The position numbers and the translations under genes were made by a program. The notes beneath the pieces are model-generated. The model was not told the DNA's origin. It searched no databases and worked only from the letters and a program-made list of their open reading frames with translations. 64,000 bases of DNA from Lama glama. Its lineage: Eukaryota. Positions 1-11,845 of the stretch are shown here, in pieces (within the stretch, counting starts at the first letter, position 1; every line of letters begins with the position of its first letter). The stretch lies in NCBI GenBank assembly GCA_028534125.1, contig CM052817.1, forward strand, positions 84,012,001 to 84,076,000, read 5' to 3'.

Positions 1-995
1 AAAAATTTGTAACTTGCCCTTAAGAGAATATAGAAATTGGAAAATAAGATTCTTAAGAAGTCTCTCAGAGCACCCCTCCAATGTGCCTTTCTATGGAGAG
101 ACGTGTAAGGATTTAGGAAAGGTCCTGCTAGGATTTAACCTCCTGAAGTACAGAAGATGGCACCTCCTGATGGGTGAGGACTCCAAAGGTGGCACAGAGG
201 AGGGTGTAATTAAGCACAGAGTAGGTAGAGATGAGTGATGGGCCTGAATTCTCCACATTCCCAGCCCTAGTGAGTATTCCACATCAGAGGCTGAAAGGAA
301 CAGCTCAGACCTCGTCCCAGGCCCTTCCCTCTCTCTTCCTAACAAGGGGGCCTCTGACCCCAGTTCAGGAAGTCAGTGTCTCAGAAATGATTAACTTATT
401 TAGAGCCTTTCCCTGCAAAGAGGCTTGGAAGAGCCATGGGTCCAAAGTCTTTGAGATAAAGCAACTGCTGGGCTTTTGCTGGGAGGTCATCAATGCCTGA
501 GGGTCATGTCTGATTACTTTTATACAAACGCATCCTTGCTGACTTCAGAATAAATAAAACTTCAAAGGTGATTATCCAACAGTTGTGTAGTTGGCTGTGT
601 CCTTATGAACTATGGACAGAGGCTTGAAACAGGCAGGAGTCAGGCAACTTTCTGGACTGCAGATTAAATCTATGATTGTGTTGCTGATTTCAGTGTGATT
701 ATGGCACCAATAAAAAGCTCTTAAATCTTCTGAAGCATGAGAGGCACATGGATGAAACAAGAGCTTTGGACAGCTACTGATTATTCTTTTATGTAGACAA
801 ATGAACTTTGGGTAAATAACTTCTATGAGCCTATAAAAATAGTGAGAACATTTCCTGTAGTGGTTGCTGTGAATATTAAGCTATGTGATATGGCCTAGAA
901 TAATGCCTGGCAAAAAAAAGGATTTACTTTTAGAGTTTCCTTGTTGATGTGGCAGCCAGTCATTAAATTCTCCAGTGATTCATTCTCAGGATAGA

Positions 996-1240
996 ACAAT
1001 AGCAGACATTTACTGAGTGTTTACTATGTGCCAGATACTATACTGGCTGCTTTACAATGTTATCTCATTCACTCTTCATAATAAGCCTTTGAGTTAACAG
1101 TATTATCCATATTTTATAGATAAGGAAACTGAGGCTCAGACAGATTGAGTAGTTTACCTGAGTTCACAGAATGAAATATTAGAGCTAGGATTCCCTCCTA
1201 GGTAGTCTGATGCTGGAGCACATGTGTCTAGTCACACTGT
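996..1240 (-). mobile_element. MIR SINE
   Basis: Antisense MIR core 'cattttatagataaggaaactgaggctcaga' plus 'catttactgagtgtttactatgtgccag' tail. Confidence 0.85.
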
Positions 1241-2489
1241 TATGAAATGTAAGGACTTGATAAGCGAGGACACCTAGAACTGCGGCATTCTCTCCTGCAC
1301 CGTGAGGATCACTGTGAGCTGTGGTCAAGAGAGACCCGAAGGGAACATGGTACTGTTCTGGTGTCTGGTGGGCTTATAGATTTGTGAACATTAAGCACAG
1401 AATCCTAGGCAAAGATTTCCATAGACTGGCAAGGGGCTGTATTCTGTGGCTTAATGTGTAATGTGAAGGGTGGGCAGACTAAAGGTCATAGGAAGACTGT
1501 CCACGATCACACAAGTGGCAACTATCATGTAACTAGAAAGGCTGGGGAATGGTGGTGGTTGAGGTCCTTCACTATTCAAATCCATGAGGAGGAGGGGAGG
1601 TTCTCTCATCAGTGATATCTCATGTGTTCCCACAGGCTGATGAAGTTGAGATTGTATGGTTTTTATTACTCTTAATTTTTAACAATATGAAGGTTCTCTC
1701 CTTCTGGCTGGTTTAATCTCTCTGTGTAGTCTGAAGTTGCCACGTGGCCTCAAAGTGGTTGCTTTTATTTCAATAACTGTCTTAAAATTTCTTATGACTT
1801 TACAGTCGTACTCTTCAGTTTGAGAAACAACAAATAGTTGTTTCAGATCCAATAAAGCAGTTTGTTTCTTTTCCTGAACTAGAGATTATCATAGCTGTGT
1901 TCAGGGAGACCAAGGATGTACCTGATCAGACAGATATCAAACATCTACTTAGGCTTAATACTCTGCCAAATATTGGGTAGGATATGAAGGAATTGGAAGC
2001 CACAATCCTGTCCTCAAGGATATTTTAATTTTGATTAAAGAGAAAACCAAAACACCACTAGCAAAAATTAATTACTATTTTAAGGATTAAGATTGCATCT
2101 AGCAAATGCAGTTGATTGAAACATTTTCTGAGGAAACTCATGAAATCTTCCTGGCAAAATTATTTCGCGTTTACAGGTCTAAACACTTGACATTTGGATG
2201 TAAGCCTAACTGAATGTTTATGAATGGAAAATAATGATTAACAACTAATTCTCCAAAGGGGCTGAGATGTTTAGGAGGGATGAAACAAGGCTCTTTTAAA
2301 ATTTAACACATTTACTAATAGACTGGACGAAGGAATAAATAATATGTAATACGAGTAGTAATTGAAACCCATTCATGATAATGAAGAGCAAATGGTGCTG
2401 GGTTACCTCTGTGTCACCTCAGGGAAGTCATTTGATATCTTTGGACTCAGGTACGAAATTTAAAAGTATTATTGAAAAATTATATTCAG

Positions 2490-2695
2490 GTATTTGCTAA
2501 GAGATTTACATATGTCATGTCATTTGATTCTTACTATAATCCCATGAGGTAGATACTATTATAATCTGCATTTTGAAATGAAAGCTCAGAGAGATCAGTA
2601 AACTTGCCCAAGTTTGCACAGCTACCGACTGACAAACCCAGAGTTCAAACCCTTGAGTCTCTGACTCCCAAGCTGATATTTTGGACCATTCCTCC
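2490..2695 (-). mobile_element. MIR SINE
   Basis: 'gctcagagagatcagtaaacttgcccaagtttgcacagct...gagttcaaaccc...tctgactccca' matches antisense MIR. Confidence 0.8.
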
Positions 2696-4409
2696 CATCT
2701 GTTTTGTGAGGATGGTGGTTGGGAGTAATGCAGGATTACTGCATGTAGCAAACTGCAGTGTCAGTGTTTCAAAAGTATGAATATTGAGGATTTGATGTGA
2801 CTTATCTGGAGGTGACCGAAGCTGTTTCTTTGGTCAGTGTTAGCTCCTTTGCAAACATCCCACAGGTACAGGTGTTAAAGCTGATGCCTTGAACACAGCT
2901 CGATGTGGTGGACAGAGGAGACTCTCAGCTTCAGAAGTAGGATCCAGTGAGGGACTGTGGCAGTGCAGTGATGGACTATTTAGCCAACCATCTCTTCCCC
3001 TGTGTGCTGTGGTCTCTTCAACTCGGATGAACTCTGGCCAGAAGTAGTTCTCAATCTCTGGTATTTCTTTAAATCAGTAAAGTATTTCACAAGCTTCACA
3101 GTTAGAGGCATCATCAACATGTCTCAAAATCACTTCCCTTCTTCAGAGGCTACTGACTGGTTTGTTTATTTTCGGATTCTGTGGATTAAATACTGTAACA
3201 AATAATTCTTTGAAAAATTTTTTTTTCATTCTGGGCTTTTCTCTCTTTGTCCTTCTAATTCTTTAATCACACCCTCTAATGTACTCCTTTCCTCTTCCTT
3301 GTTCTGGCCTTCTTTCCTGGTGACCTCTGAGAAATGATGTTGAGTGATTTTGTCGGCACCGTCTCATAATCCAGAGCCCGTACTGAGCTGATTTCCTCAC
3401 AGCTTCTTGAGCGGAGACATGCTGGAAATGCTAAATATACCGTGCTGGTGTTTGACTGGGCTTCCAATCTACATACTTGAAACCAGCAGTCCCTGGGCTC
3501 TTGTGGTTCACGCTGGTATTCAGGACTGAATACAAATCAGACCTCCGTGTTCTTTAGTGTAGGCATTCATGAAAGTTGAATATAAGTGAGCGACTCTTAT
3601 TTTTATAATTTCATTTAAATAATATAATTTATTATCATAAATTTACATGTTACTCTACTGCAAATTAAGCCGTACCAGGCTTAGCTCCAAGCACAAAGTG
3701 TATCCCCTGTGAATATTATCCTTTTTGTAGAGACTCTTAGGAGGGACATAGATTGTATTTTACATTTTAAAAAGTAATTTATTTTCAGAGAATTCAAGGG
3801 CTCAACCACTGTGATTTTTTGTCCAGTCTTCCCAAGATCCCACAAAGCAGGCAATGTGGGGCTGGATGGGATAGTGCCCTTCATTTATTTATTCACTGCA
3901 AATGTATTGAATGCCTCCCTGTTCCAGGCCCTGCTGTGTGTCAGAGCTGTGGGGAGAGTGGAAATGGAGTGGAATCGATGCCTTGACTGTAGAATGTGTC
4001 ACTTGACTCCACACTAGAGAGCCCAGGTGGCCAGAAGTAAAACCGCTTAGTAATGGACACAAGGGAAAATGTCTTCTCACAGAAGTGGCTGATTCGACAT
4101 TAAAAGAGAGATTTATGACTGAAGCAAAACCAGGCCTGCTGACACTCCTGTCTGCTTTAGGGCTGCCTCCCTAGAGTGGATTGCCCAGGGCAACCTCCTA
4201 CCTCTTAGAACTGGGGGTTCTTGCAGGTGCCACCACCTACAGGGCCACAAGAGGGTGCTTTCTTCCTTTCCTGTTATGCCTTTTTGAAATATAGCTCCTC
4301 ATACCTGTTAGAACTGAGTTTACTGGGTCCTGGGAAGTTCAGTATATTGAATTGTGGGCTGACAGACTTGATTCTAGTGGGGAGAGAAAGGTGTAGGTTT
4401 GGAAGTGTT

Positions 4410-4545
4410 TGTTTATCTAATGTCTGTTTCCCTCACTGAACTGTAAGCTCTGAGAATCAGGTCTTATCTTTTTGCTAATCCCTCTTTCCTGTGATTGGCT
4501 AAAATTCTGGCACATAGAAGGTCCTTAATAAATATTTGAGAGTTA
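4410..4545 (+). mobile_element. L2 3' end fragment
   Basis: 'ctgtaagctc...ctggcacatagaaggtccttaataaatatttg' is the typical L2 terminus. Confidence 0.7.
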
Positions 4546-4574
4546 AAAAAAACTGATCTTCACTTTGAGTGTTA

Positions 4575-4702
4575 GCTGAAAGGTTTTCAACTTTTCTGCC
4601 CATCAGAATCACCTGCGGTCAGGATTCTCATTCAGTAGTCTAGGGTAGGGCTGGGAATGTGGGTCCGAAAGCTCTTCTGTTATTCTGATTTGAGGACTGC
4701 TA
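4575..4702. mobile_element. MER5A-like hAT-Charlie MITE
   Basis: 'catcagaatcacctg...gattctcattcagtagtctagggtagggc' MER5 motifs. Confidence 0.65.
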
Positions 4703-4730
4703 TCCAGTTGTTCCTGCCCTGTACATAACT

Positions 4731-4818
4731 ATTTTTTTTAAAGAAAGGATTGGGAGTTGAACCAAGGACTTCATGCATGCAAAGCATGCACTCTGCCATT
4801 GAGCTATGCTCTCCTCTG
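4731..4818 (-). mobile_element. tRNA-Ala-derived SINE (Vic-1-like, camelid)
   Basis: Reverse complement: 'agaggagagcatagctcaatggcagagtgcatgctttgcatgcatgaagtccttggttcaactcccaatcctttctttaaaaaaaa'. It has A box, B box, Ala-like anticodon arm and A tail. TSD tgtacataact (4720-4730) / tgtatataact (4819-4829). Confidence 0.85.
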
Positions 4819-5644
4819 TGTATATAACTGTTTCATCTTGCTTCTCTGGACTTTTGGGCCTGTGGGTCCTCAGCTGCTTGAGTCTGGGGAAACATTTCCT
4901 GCTTCCTGAGCATGCCACTGAATTCCTTCAATGTGACCAGGACTCCTTCATACCCTCCTCTTCCTGTTCCTCTTCTTATGAGCATCCCTTCCTATCATCC
5001 CACCCTATCAGAGAGGGAGATGTTCCCAGAGATGCCTTCACCTGTTGGTCCTGGGAGGACACCTGCCAAGACACCTGCAACATAACAAGATATTGGTCAC
5101 CACTCGCAGGGGTCAGCTTCTTCTGAAGGCTGGTACTCAGGGCCATCGTTGATGGATGCCACTTACTTCAGTTATACTTGAGCAGATACTTAAATACACA
5201 CTGATGCTGGAATAGAGATCACCCCAGAGTTGATGAGAGCCTTTCTCTTACAATAGAGGCTTGTAACACGGCCTCCTGAGATTTTCCTGAGAAAATCTGT
5301 TTTCTATGTTTTTGAGAAGGAAATAAACATGTATCATGATGACATTGGAAGAGAGTAACTTTTTTAACTGGAAAAATTTATTTGAAAAATACACAACAGG
5401 AAAATGATTAACTTTCTTAATATAAAATAAGCAATTAAACATCAATAAAAAACCAATTTTATACATTTTAAAAAATGTTCAACCTCACTATTATTAAAGA
5501 AATAGTTAAATGAGATATTACTTTCATGCATCAAGTTGACAAAGATAATAGTAATGATGATGTAAAAATGATCATACTTCCTATGTACTGTTATGGAGGA
5601 GAATAACCTTCAGTAAAGAGGAGTCCTTCTGGTATGTGGTTTGG

Positions 5645-5815
5645 CATTGCTACAGTAGTATAGGTAGTACAAAGAGCTTGGGCCTTGGAGTCAGATGGCC
5701 CTGTACAAACCCCCAAACCTGAGTGTGCCCTCATTCAGTGTGTTCGTGGACAAATCAGTTAACCTCTTTGAGTCTTAATTTCCTTATCTACAAGGCTGGA
5801 GAATAATATTGACTT
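5645..5815 (+). mobile_element. MIR SINE, interrupted by an LTR
   Basis: 'ggccttggagtcaga...cagttaacctctttgagtcttaatttccttatcta'; MIR-like sequence resumes weakly after 6261. Confidence 0.7.
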
Positions 5816-6261
5816 TATAAGGATTCAAAACAAGCCTTCCCCAGATGTGCCCTTTTGCATGAGGATTATTTTGAGTTAAAGGTAATTGAGACCTGTGGGT
5901 TCAAGGGAAACTGCTGCCTCTCTCTTAACTATCTAGAATAATTAAAATCAGGATTTTTCTCAGAAAACAGTTGTTATTACTAGGGATAAATTTTATCTAT
6001 AGCCAGGACAAATATCTAATTACCAAGCTTCAGGCCCCTATCCCATTCTTTAGCTCAGAATGGCACCTGTACCTCATTTTTCCTTTCCATCTTTGAACCT
6101 CTCATGTATGTGGAGTCTCAGACTCTCTCACATACATGGGATTCCTGTGTGTACAAATTTAAATTTGATTTTCTCCTATTAATCTGTCTCATGTCAATTT
6201 AATTATTAGACCAGCCAGAAGACCCTAGTAGGAAAGAGGAAAGTTTTCTTCTTTCCCAACA
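5816..6261 (+). mobile_element. MER34-family ERV1 solo LTR
   Basis: 5' 'gcatgaggattattttgagtt' and 3' 'ttttctcctattaatctgtctc...tttcccaaca'; imperfect 4-bp TSD actt/attt; 3' end homologous to the copy starting at 63581. Confidence 0.75.
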
Positions 6262-6390
6262 ATTTCGCAGAGTTATGAAATAACCCTGCTCTGTGTAGAC
6301 TGCATTTAAATAGTGATAAAGTCATCAACTTATATTCAGATATCACTATGAGAAGCAGAGTTTGAAACTTGTATTTGAAATTGTATTTTA

Positions 6391-7411
6391 TTTTAAAATT
6401 TTTTGTTGATATATATATAATTGTTTTATAATGTTGTGTCAAATTCCAGTGTAGAACATAATTTTTCAGTTATACATGAACATATATATATTCATTGTCA
6501 CATTTTTTTCTCTGTGAGCTACCATAAGATCTTGTGTATATTTCCCTGTGCTATACAGTATAATCTTGTTTATGTATTCTACATTTTGAAATCCCAGTCT
6601 GTCCCTTCCCACCCCCCGCCCCCTTGGCAACCACAAGTTTGTATTCTATGTCTATGAGTCTATTTCTGTTTTGTATTTATGCTTTGTTTTTTTGTTTTTG
6701 TTTTTGTTTTTGTTTTAGATTCCACATATGAGCAATCTCATATGGTATTTTTCTTTCTCTTTCTGGCTTACTTCACTTAGAATGACATTCTCCAGGAGCA
6801 TCCATGTTGCTACAAATGGTGTTATGTTGTTGGTTTTTGTGGCTGAGTAGTATTCCATTGTATAAATATACCACCTCTTCTTTATCCAGTCATCCACTAA
6901 TGGATATTTAGGCTATCTCCATGTCTTGGCTATTTGTAAATAGTGCTGCTATGAACATTGGTGTGCAGGTGTCATCCTGAAGTAGGGTTCCTTCTGGATA
7001 TATGCCCAGGAGCGGGATTCCTGGGTCATACAATAAGTCTATTCCTAGTCTTTTGAGGAATCTCCATACTGTTTTCCACAGTGGCTGCACCAAACTGCAT
7101 TCCCACCAGCAGTGTAGGAGGGTTCCCCTTTCTCCACAGTCTCTCCAGCATTTGTCATTTTTGAATGATGGCCATTCTGACTGGTGTGAGGTGATACTTC
7201 ATTGTAGTTTNNNNNNNNNNNNNNNNNNNNNNNNNNNNNNNNNNNNNNNNNNNNNNNNNNNNNNNNNNNNNNNNNNNNNNNNNNNNNNNNNNNNNNNNNN
7301 NNNNNNNNNNCTGTCTTTATTCCATTGTATATTCTTGTCTCCTTTGTCGAAGATTAGTTGACCAAAAGTTTGTGGGTTCATTTCTGGGCTCTCTATTCTG
7401 TTCCATTGGTC
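6391..7411 (-). mobile_element. 5'-truncated young L1 (ORF2 C-terminus + 3'UTR)
   Basis: Minus-strand ORFs give L1 ORF2 peptides ([21 protein letters not shown]...[28 protein letters not shown]). 16-bp TSD ttgaaattgtatttta (6375-6390) / ttgaaattctatttta (7412-7427). Confidence 0.95.
7211..7310. other. Assembly gap (100 N)
   Basis: Run of exactly 100 n. Confidence 1.
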
Positions 7412-7774
7412 TTGAAATTCTATTTTAAGAATGTTGTAGATGAGGAAGTAGTTTTGTCCATCATTCAGTATTCTGCTCTATTGGAGAAATTCTTATTTGG
7501 TCTTAACACCAAGAACAATTTCACTTCTCCTGCTGTGCTTTAATCTTCTGGATTTGGTGATTTGTATAACGCACTGGTTTCCCTTCTTTGAACTAGCTGC
7601 TAGAAAGCTTAGAGCCAAATGTCTGGTCCATCACTATCAAGTGTGGACACATCATTATGCGTGTGTGCAGTTTTGGCTTCATACCTGGCTCCATTTAGAC
7701 ATGTCATTTTTTTTCAAATTTGCTCTCAATTTTCATTTATGTTATTGTGTTTTAAGTACTCCTCTAAGCTGCTT

Positions 7775-7879
7775 TTTTTTAAAATAGACTTTATTTTTTA
7801 AGAGCAGTTTCAGATCTATAGCAGAATTGAGCAGAAAATACAGAGTTCCCACATAGCCCTCCCCACCCACACATATATA
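7775..7879 (-). mobile_element. L1 3' terminal stub (L1MC1/L1MB-like)
   Basis: 'aatagactttattttttaagagcagttt...gcagaattgagcagaaaatacagagttccca'; perfect 13-bp TSD ctctaagctgctt (7762-7774, 7880-7892). Confidence 0.85.
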
Positions 7880-9274
7880 CTCTAAGCTGCTTGTTAAGCC
7901 TTTCTGAAATGAGATACGATAAAAAAATTTATTACTAGAGAAAGGGGTAAACACATTTTAAAGCAGTTTTCACAATGCCTGGCCAATAGTAGGTACATAA
8001 TGTCAAAGTTTTATGTTTTCTTTTAAACAAGTTGAACTGTTCTTTGTGGATCCAGGTTGGTCCCTCATGGATTATATTAGAAATGGTGTGGAAAGTGATT
8101 TTTACTATAGACAAGTTGCCCAAACTGGAAAGGTATTACTGGATTAGGTAGTAGTAGATACAACTCTGAAATCAAGGTGAGAGCCCAAATGGTCCAGTCT
8201 CTGCATGGAATTCCCTATGAATAAGCCCACTCTGGACCAAAAGTAACTTTAAAGTGATTTCGATCTTTACTTGGGTCTCTCATAGGACATTGAAGGGGAA
8301 CTTGTTCTTACCTGCCAGCCACATACCATAAAATCTTGCTTCTTTTCCTTTCTAATTCTCTTTCACTCACTACCTCCCAACATATCCACTGGCAACTAGA
8401 CTTACCCCCCTGACACCCCACCTCCCCGCTCGCTATCATGTAGAATGACCAAGCTTATCTGAGTGGTCTCCCTTTTTTTCCTCACTCCTCTCTGCACTTC
8501 TTTCCCGCTACTCATTCTCTGATTCTGTATCATAATAGATTTATTAACTAAGCTGATAAAGGCAATTTTTCTGCTTGCAGGTGGGTTGGGAAGTTCTCAC
8601 ATGTTAATAAATCTTCTCTGTCATCTAGGAAATGAAGGGTGATTAATGTGCAGTAGAAGAGGAGAGAACTTTGGAATGTGGCTCTACCTCAGGAATACAC
8701 TCAGGCATGTTGGGGCAGAGGTCAGAGCTTGGTTCTTCTGGTCCTGCCTTTACTGAAGCTTCTCTTGCCCCATGATAAGGGACTTTATAACATCTGTAAC
8801 TTGAAAGTAGGATTGTGATGCTGAAGGTTTTAGTGCAGAGTAAGGGGATAATGACAGGGAATAAATGATCCATCCCACTCTTAGTTTCCTGTGGATTGTG
8901 TGTGAGTGGCCACCCAGGCTTACCTCCCTCTAGGTGAAGCAGGCAGAAAGGACACAGTCTCAGATTCATTATACCCAGTTTGCTAATGGAAAATGGAGGC
9001 ATCCACACACTAGTTAGTTATTATCTTGCTCTGAGAAATCCAATAAATGGTATGTTAATTTATTGTAAACCTATTGCTTATATATCTGTTACATCAGGGT
9101 ACCTAATCCAGTTTCCGACGTAAGGATCACAGTTGAAGAGGACTAGAACCAGAGCTCGGCTAAGACAGAAAATTAAGCCACAAAAGTATTGACCCAGTAC
9201 CACAGAGTTAATTAATTAATATGACATTTTGAATTGAACTGATGGCTTTTCCCCCTCATTTTAGATCACATTCT

Positions 9275-9540
9275 TTTCTTCAGCGAATATTTGCTGAGTG
9301 CCTACTTGCCAATTCTGCTAAGTGCTGATAACATTAAGATATTAGGGCACTGGCCTTTGCTCTCCAGGAGCTGTAGTATAGATAGCAAGGGAGACTGGTG
9401 TAAGAGGGACAATTGGAACACAAAGTGTTCAGTGCCATAACTGAGGTATAAACAGAATGCCATGGGAACCGAGAAGAAGGAGAGACTAACTTGACCTGGG
9501 AGAGTCAAGGAGGAGGGAACACTGGAGTTGAGATTTAAGG
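9275..9540 (-). mobile_element. L2 fragment
   Basis: 'aatatttgctgagtgcctac...tgctctccaggagct...gaatgccatgggaacc' matches the antisense L2 3' region. Confidence 0.7.
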
Positions 9541-10599
9541 GTTTTGCTCATTTGTTGGGACTATATTTACTAGATTTTAGTTTGCTCACACTGCCTTATA
9601 AATATTAGAAAATATCTTCTGGCCAAAAATGGCCTCCGCATTTGGTCTTTTGGTTCTGAAATTAGTGGTAGACCCTAGTAGTATCCCTGGAATGTTCTTC
9701 TGAGCTGAAGACTTTAAAAGATGTCATACATAGAGACAGGCCAAGTCCTCCGGGTTTAGCAGATAAATGCTCTGGGACTTTGTTACTGGGGATTATGGGA
9801 GACTTTCACTTGGGCCACTCAGTATTTACTTCCTGTGGCAATAACACCATGTAAAATATATGCTGACTGGGAAAGATGGCCATTCTGAAGCGTGAATATA
9901 GCTCTGGGTCTGGGCCGAATGGACAGAAGTTGTTGTTGCTGGAGATGTTGGAAATGATGTGGGCTCAACATCTTCCACAGGGATCCCCTTCAAGCAGGAG
10001 AAGGTTGTTGGGTCACAGTTGAAACTGGAGGTCTTGCTTGGCGCTGGCATCAGAATCACCAGCAGGGAGGGCAGCACAGTGGCCCTCTCTCTCTGTGGCC
10101 TTTCTTAGCACTCCAACACATTTCTTTTCATTCTTTAGAAACAAATTCTGATTTAGAGCTTTATACTTCTTTAGCGTTTGTTATAAAAGTGACCATTAAA
10201 TACGGAGTTTTAGTGACTAAAACAGTTGGAGACCACAGCCAGGCTGACAGCTTTAGGAGAGTTTATTTTCAATTTTTTTCTCCAGCCTGGCTTCAGCTTT
10301 AAATTCGATTGTAGTAATCCTAACAAAGCTCCTCCTTGCCCTGAGCTGAAAGCACATTGCAGACCTGGACTCTTTTGGGGACTTTATTTATGACAGAAGC
10401 CCATACTGTTTTAGAGCTTTCATCTTCCATGTTGTTCAGCATTTTATGGGTCTCCGTTTTTGTAGCATTTCAGAAACCATGGTTCAAAACAATATGAATT
10501 CTCTAGGGTGCTAGAAGGATCTTTAGGAAAAGCAGGTCCCCTCTCCAAAGCCCCCCTCTTTTGTGTACATTGGTGTGGCTCTCATTGTATTAATACTGG

Positions 10600-10845
10600 A
10601 ATATACAGTAAAGTAGGTTAGTTAAGGTATTAGTTCTAGAACCTTATTATCTGGGTATGTTTCACAGCCTAGCCGTTTACCAGCTATGTACCCCTCACTA
10701 AACATTTCTGTGCTGCAGTTTTCCCAATTATGAAGAGAGAACCTCAGAGGAAGGTTGGGAGGATTCATCGAGTTAGAATACTTAAGTGCTTAGAACAGTT
10801 CTTTACAGCAGCAAGTGCTCAACACATGTGAGCTGCTGTTATTAG
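10600..10845 (+). mobile_element. MIR SINE
   Basis: 'tttaccagctatgt...cagttttcc...aagtgcttagaacagt...aagtgctcaa'. Confidence 0.65.
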
Positions 10846-11659
10846 CCCAGAAGTTCGTGAAGTTGCCTGCAATGGATGTGACCAAATGGTCTTGTAGCCA
10901 TCAAATTATTCCACTTTGGTTGGTCTGCATGTATGTACTTGCTAATGGTATGGTTAGGAGATTTTAAACTCTAGACAACTATACTCAATTGTTAACTACT
11001 TAGAGTTATAATTTCTTAGAGACACTAGGAGGCAGAGTAACTTAGAGCATTGGGGTTGTTGATTTTGAGCTGTTAAGAGCATTGGCATTGGAATCAGACA
11101 GCCTGGTCAGACAGCCGGTGGCTGAGTTGTACCAGTTCTGTTACTCATGTAATCTCCTGGTGGTTTGGTTTCCTCATCTGTACAATGGCGCTCATTCCTC
11201 ACAAGATCATTGTAAGGACAACGACTATGAATGTTTGGAACACATACCAAATACAACAATTGTTGAGGGGGAGGAGAGGAGGGATTGATTGATTATGGGT
11301 CAGGTCTGTTTATGATTAGTTTCCTGGTAACAAGTGATGGAGATGGGGGTTTGCTCAGGACGGCAAGCATTGGACAGCCAAGGGGAAAATCCTCACTCCT
11401 TTCAAACTTCAAGAATGTTGAGAGAAATTGCAAAACTCAGAAGGGCAAATGGCAATGTGTTGCTGTCAGTATTTTAAGTATAAGTGTGGACAGTTTAGTT
11501 CAGATGAATCATTCTGGATGTGTCCCGTCTCGTCCAGGAATTCCACTTGCATAAAATGGAGCAACAGCAGCAGAGAAAAGAAGGCAAAGGGCCCAGTCTT
11601 CCTTCTTACTCCTGGAAATAGTGGTGGTGGCTGTGCTGTCCTAGGGTTTATTCATTATT

Positions 11660-11845
11660 ATAAAATTCTCAAACTGTAGTGGGTGTAAAACTCAAATTCA
11701 GAACTTGTTTAAAGGACATCTTCCAAAGCCTTATCCACAGAAATTCAGTAGGTTGTTGATGAGGCCCAGAAATCTGCTTGTTTTCAGACTTTCTCAGTGC
11801 TTTTGATACAGGTGGTGAGACTACACTCTAAGAAAGATGACTCTA
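11660..11845. mobile_element. MER5B-like hAT MITE
   Basis: 'ttctcaaactgtagt...attcagtaggt...gaggcccagaaatctgc...caggtggtgagactacact'. Confidence 0.65.

Noticed and set aside
3276..3467. Cadherin-like 'ALDYET' in a minus-strand ORF
   Set aside because: No other cadherin motifs (DxNDN, AxDxG) and no good donor site; likely chance.
4745..4818. Functional tRNA-Ala gene
   Set aside because: Acceptor stem is degenerate, and the A tail and TSD indicate a retroposed SINE.
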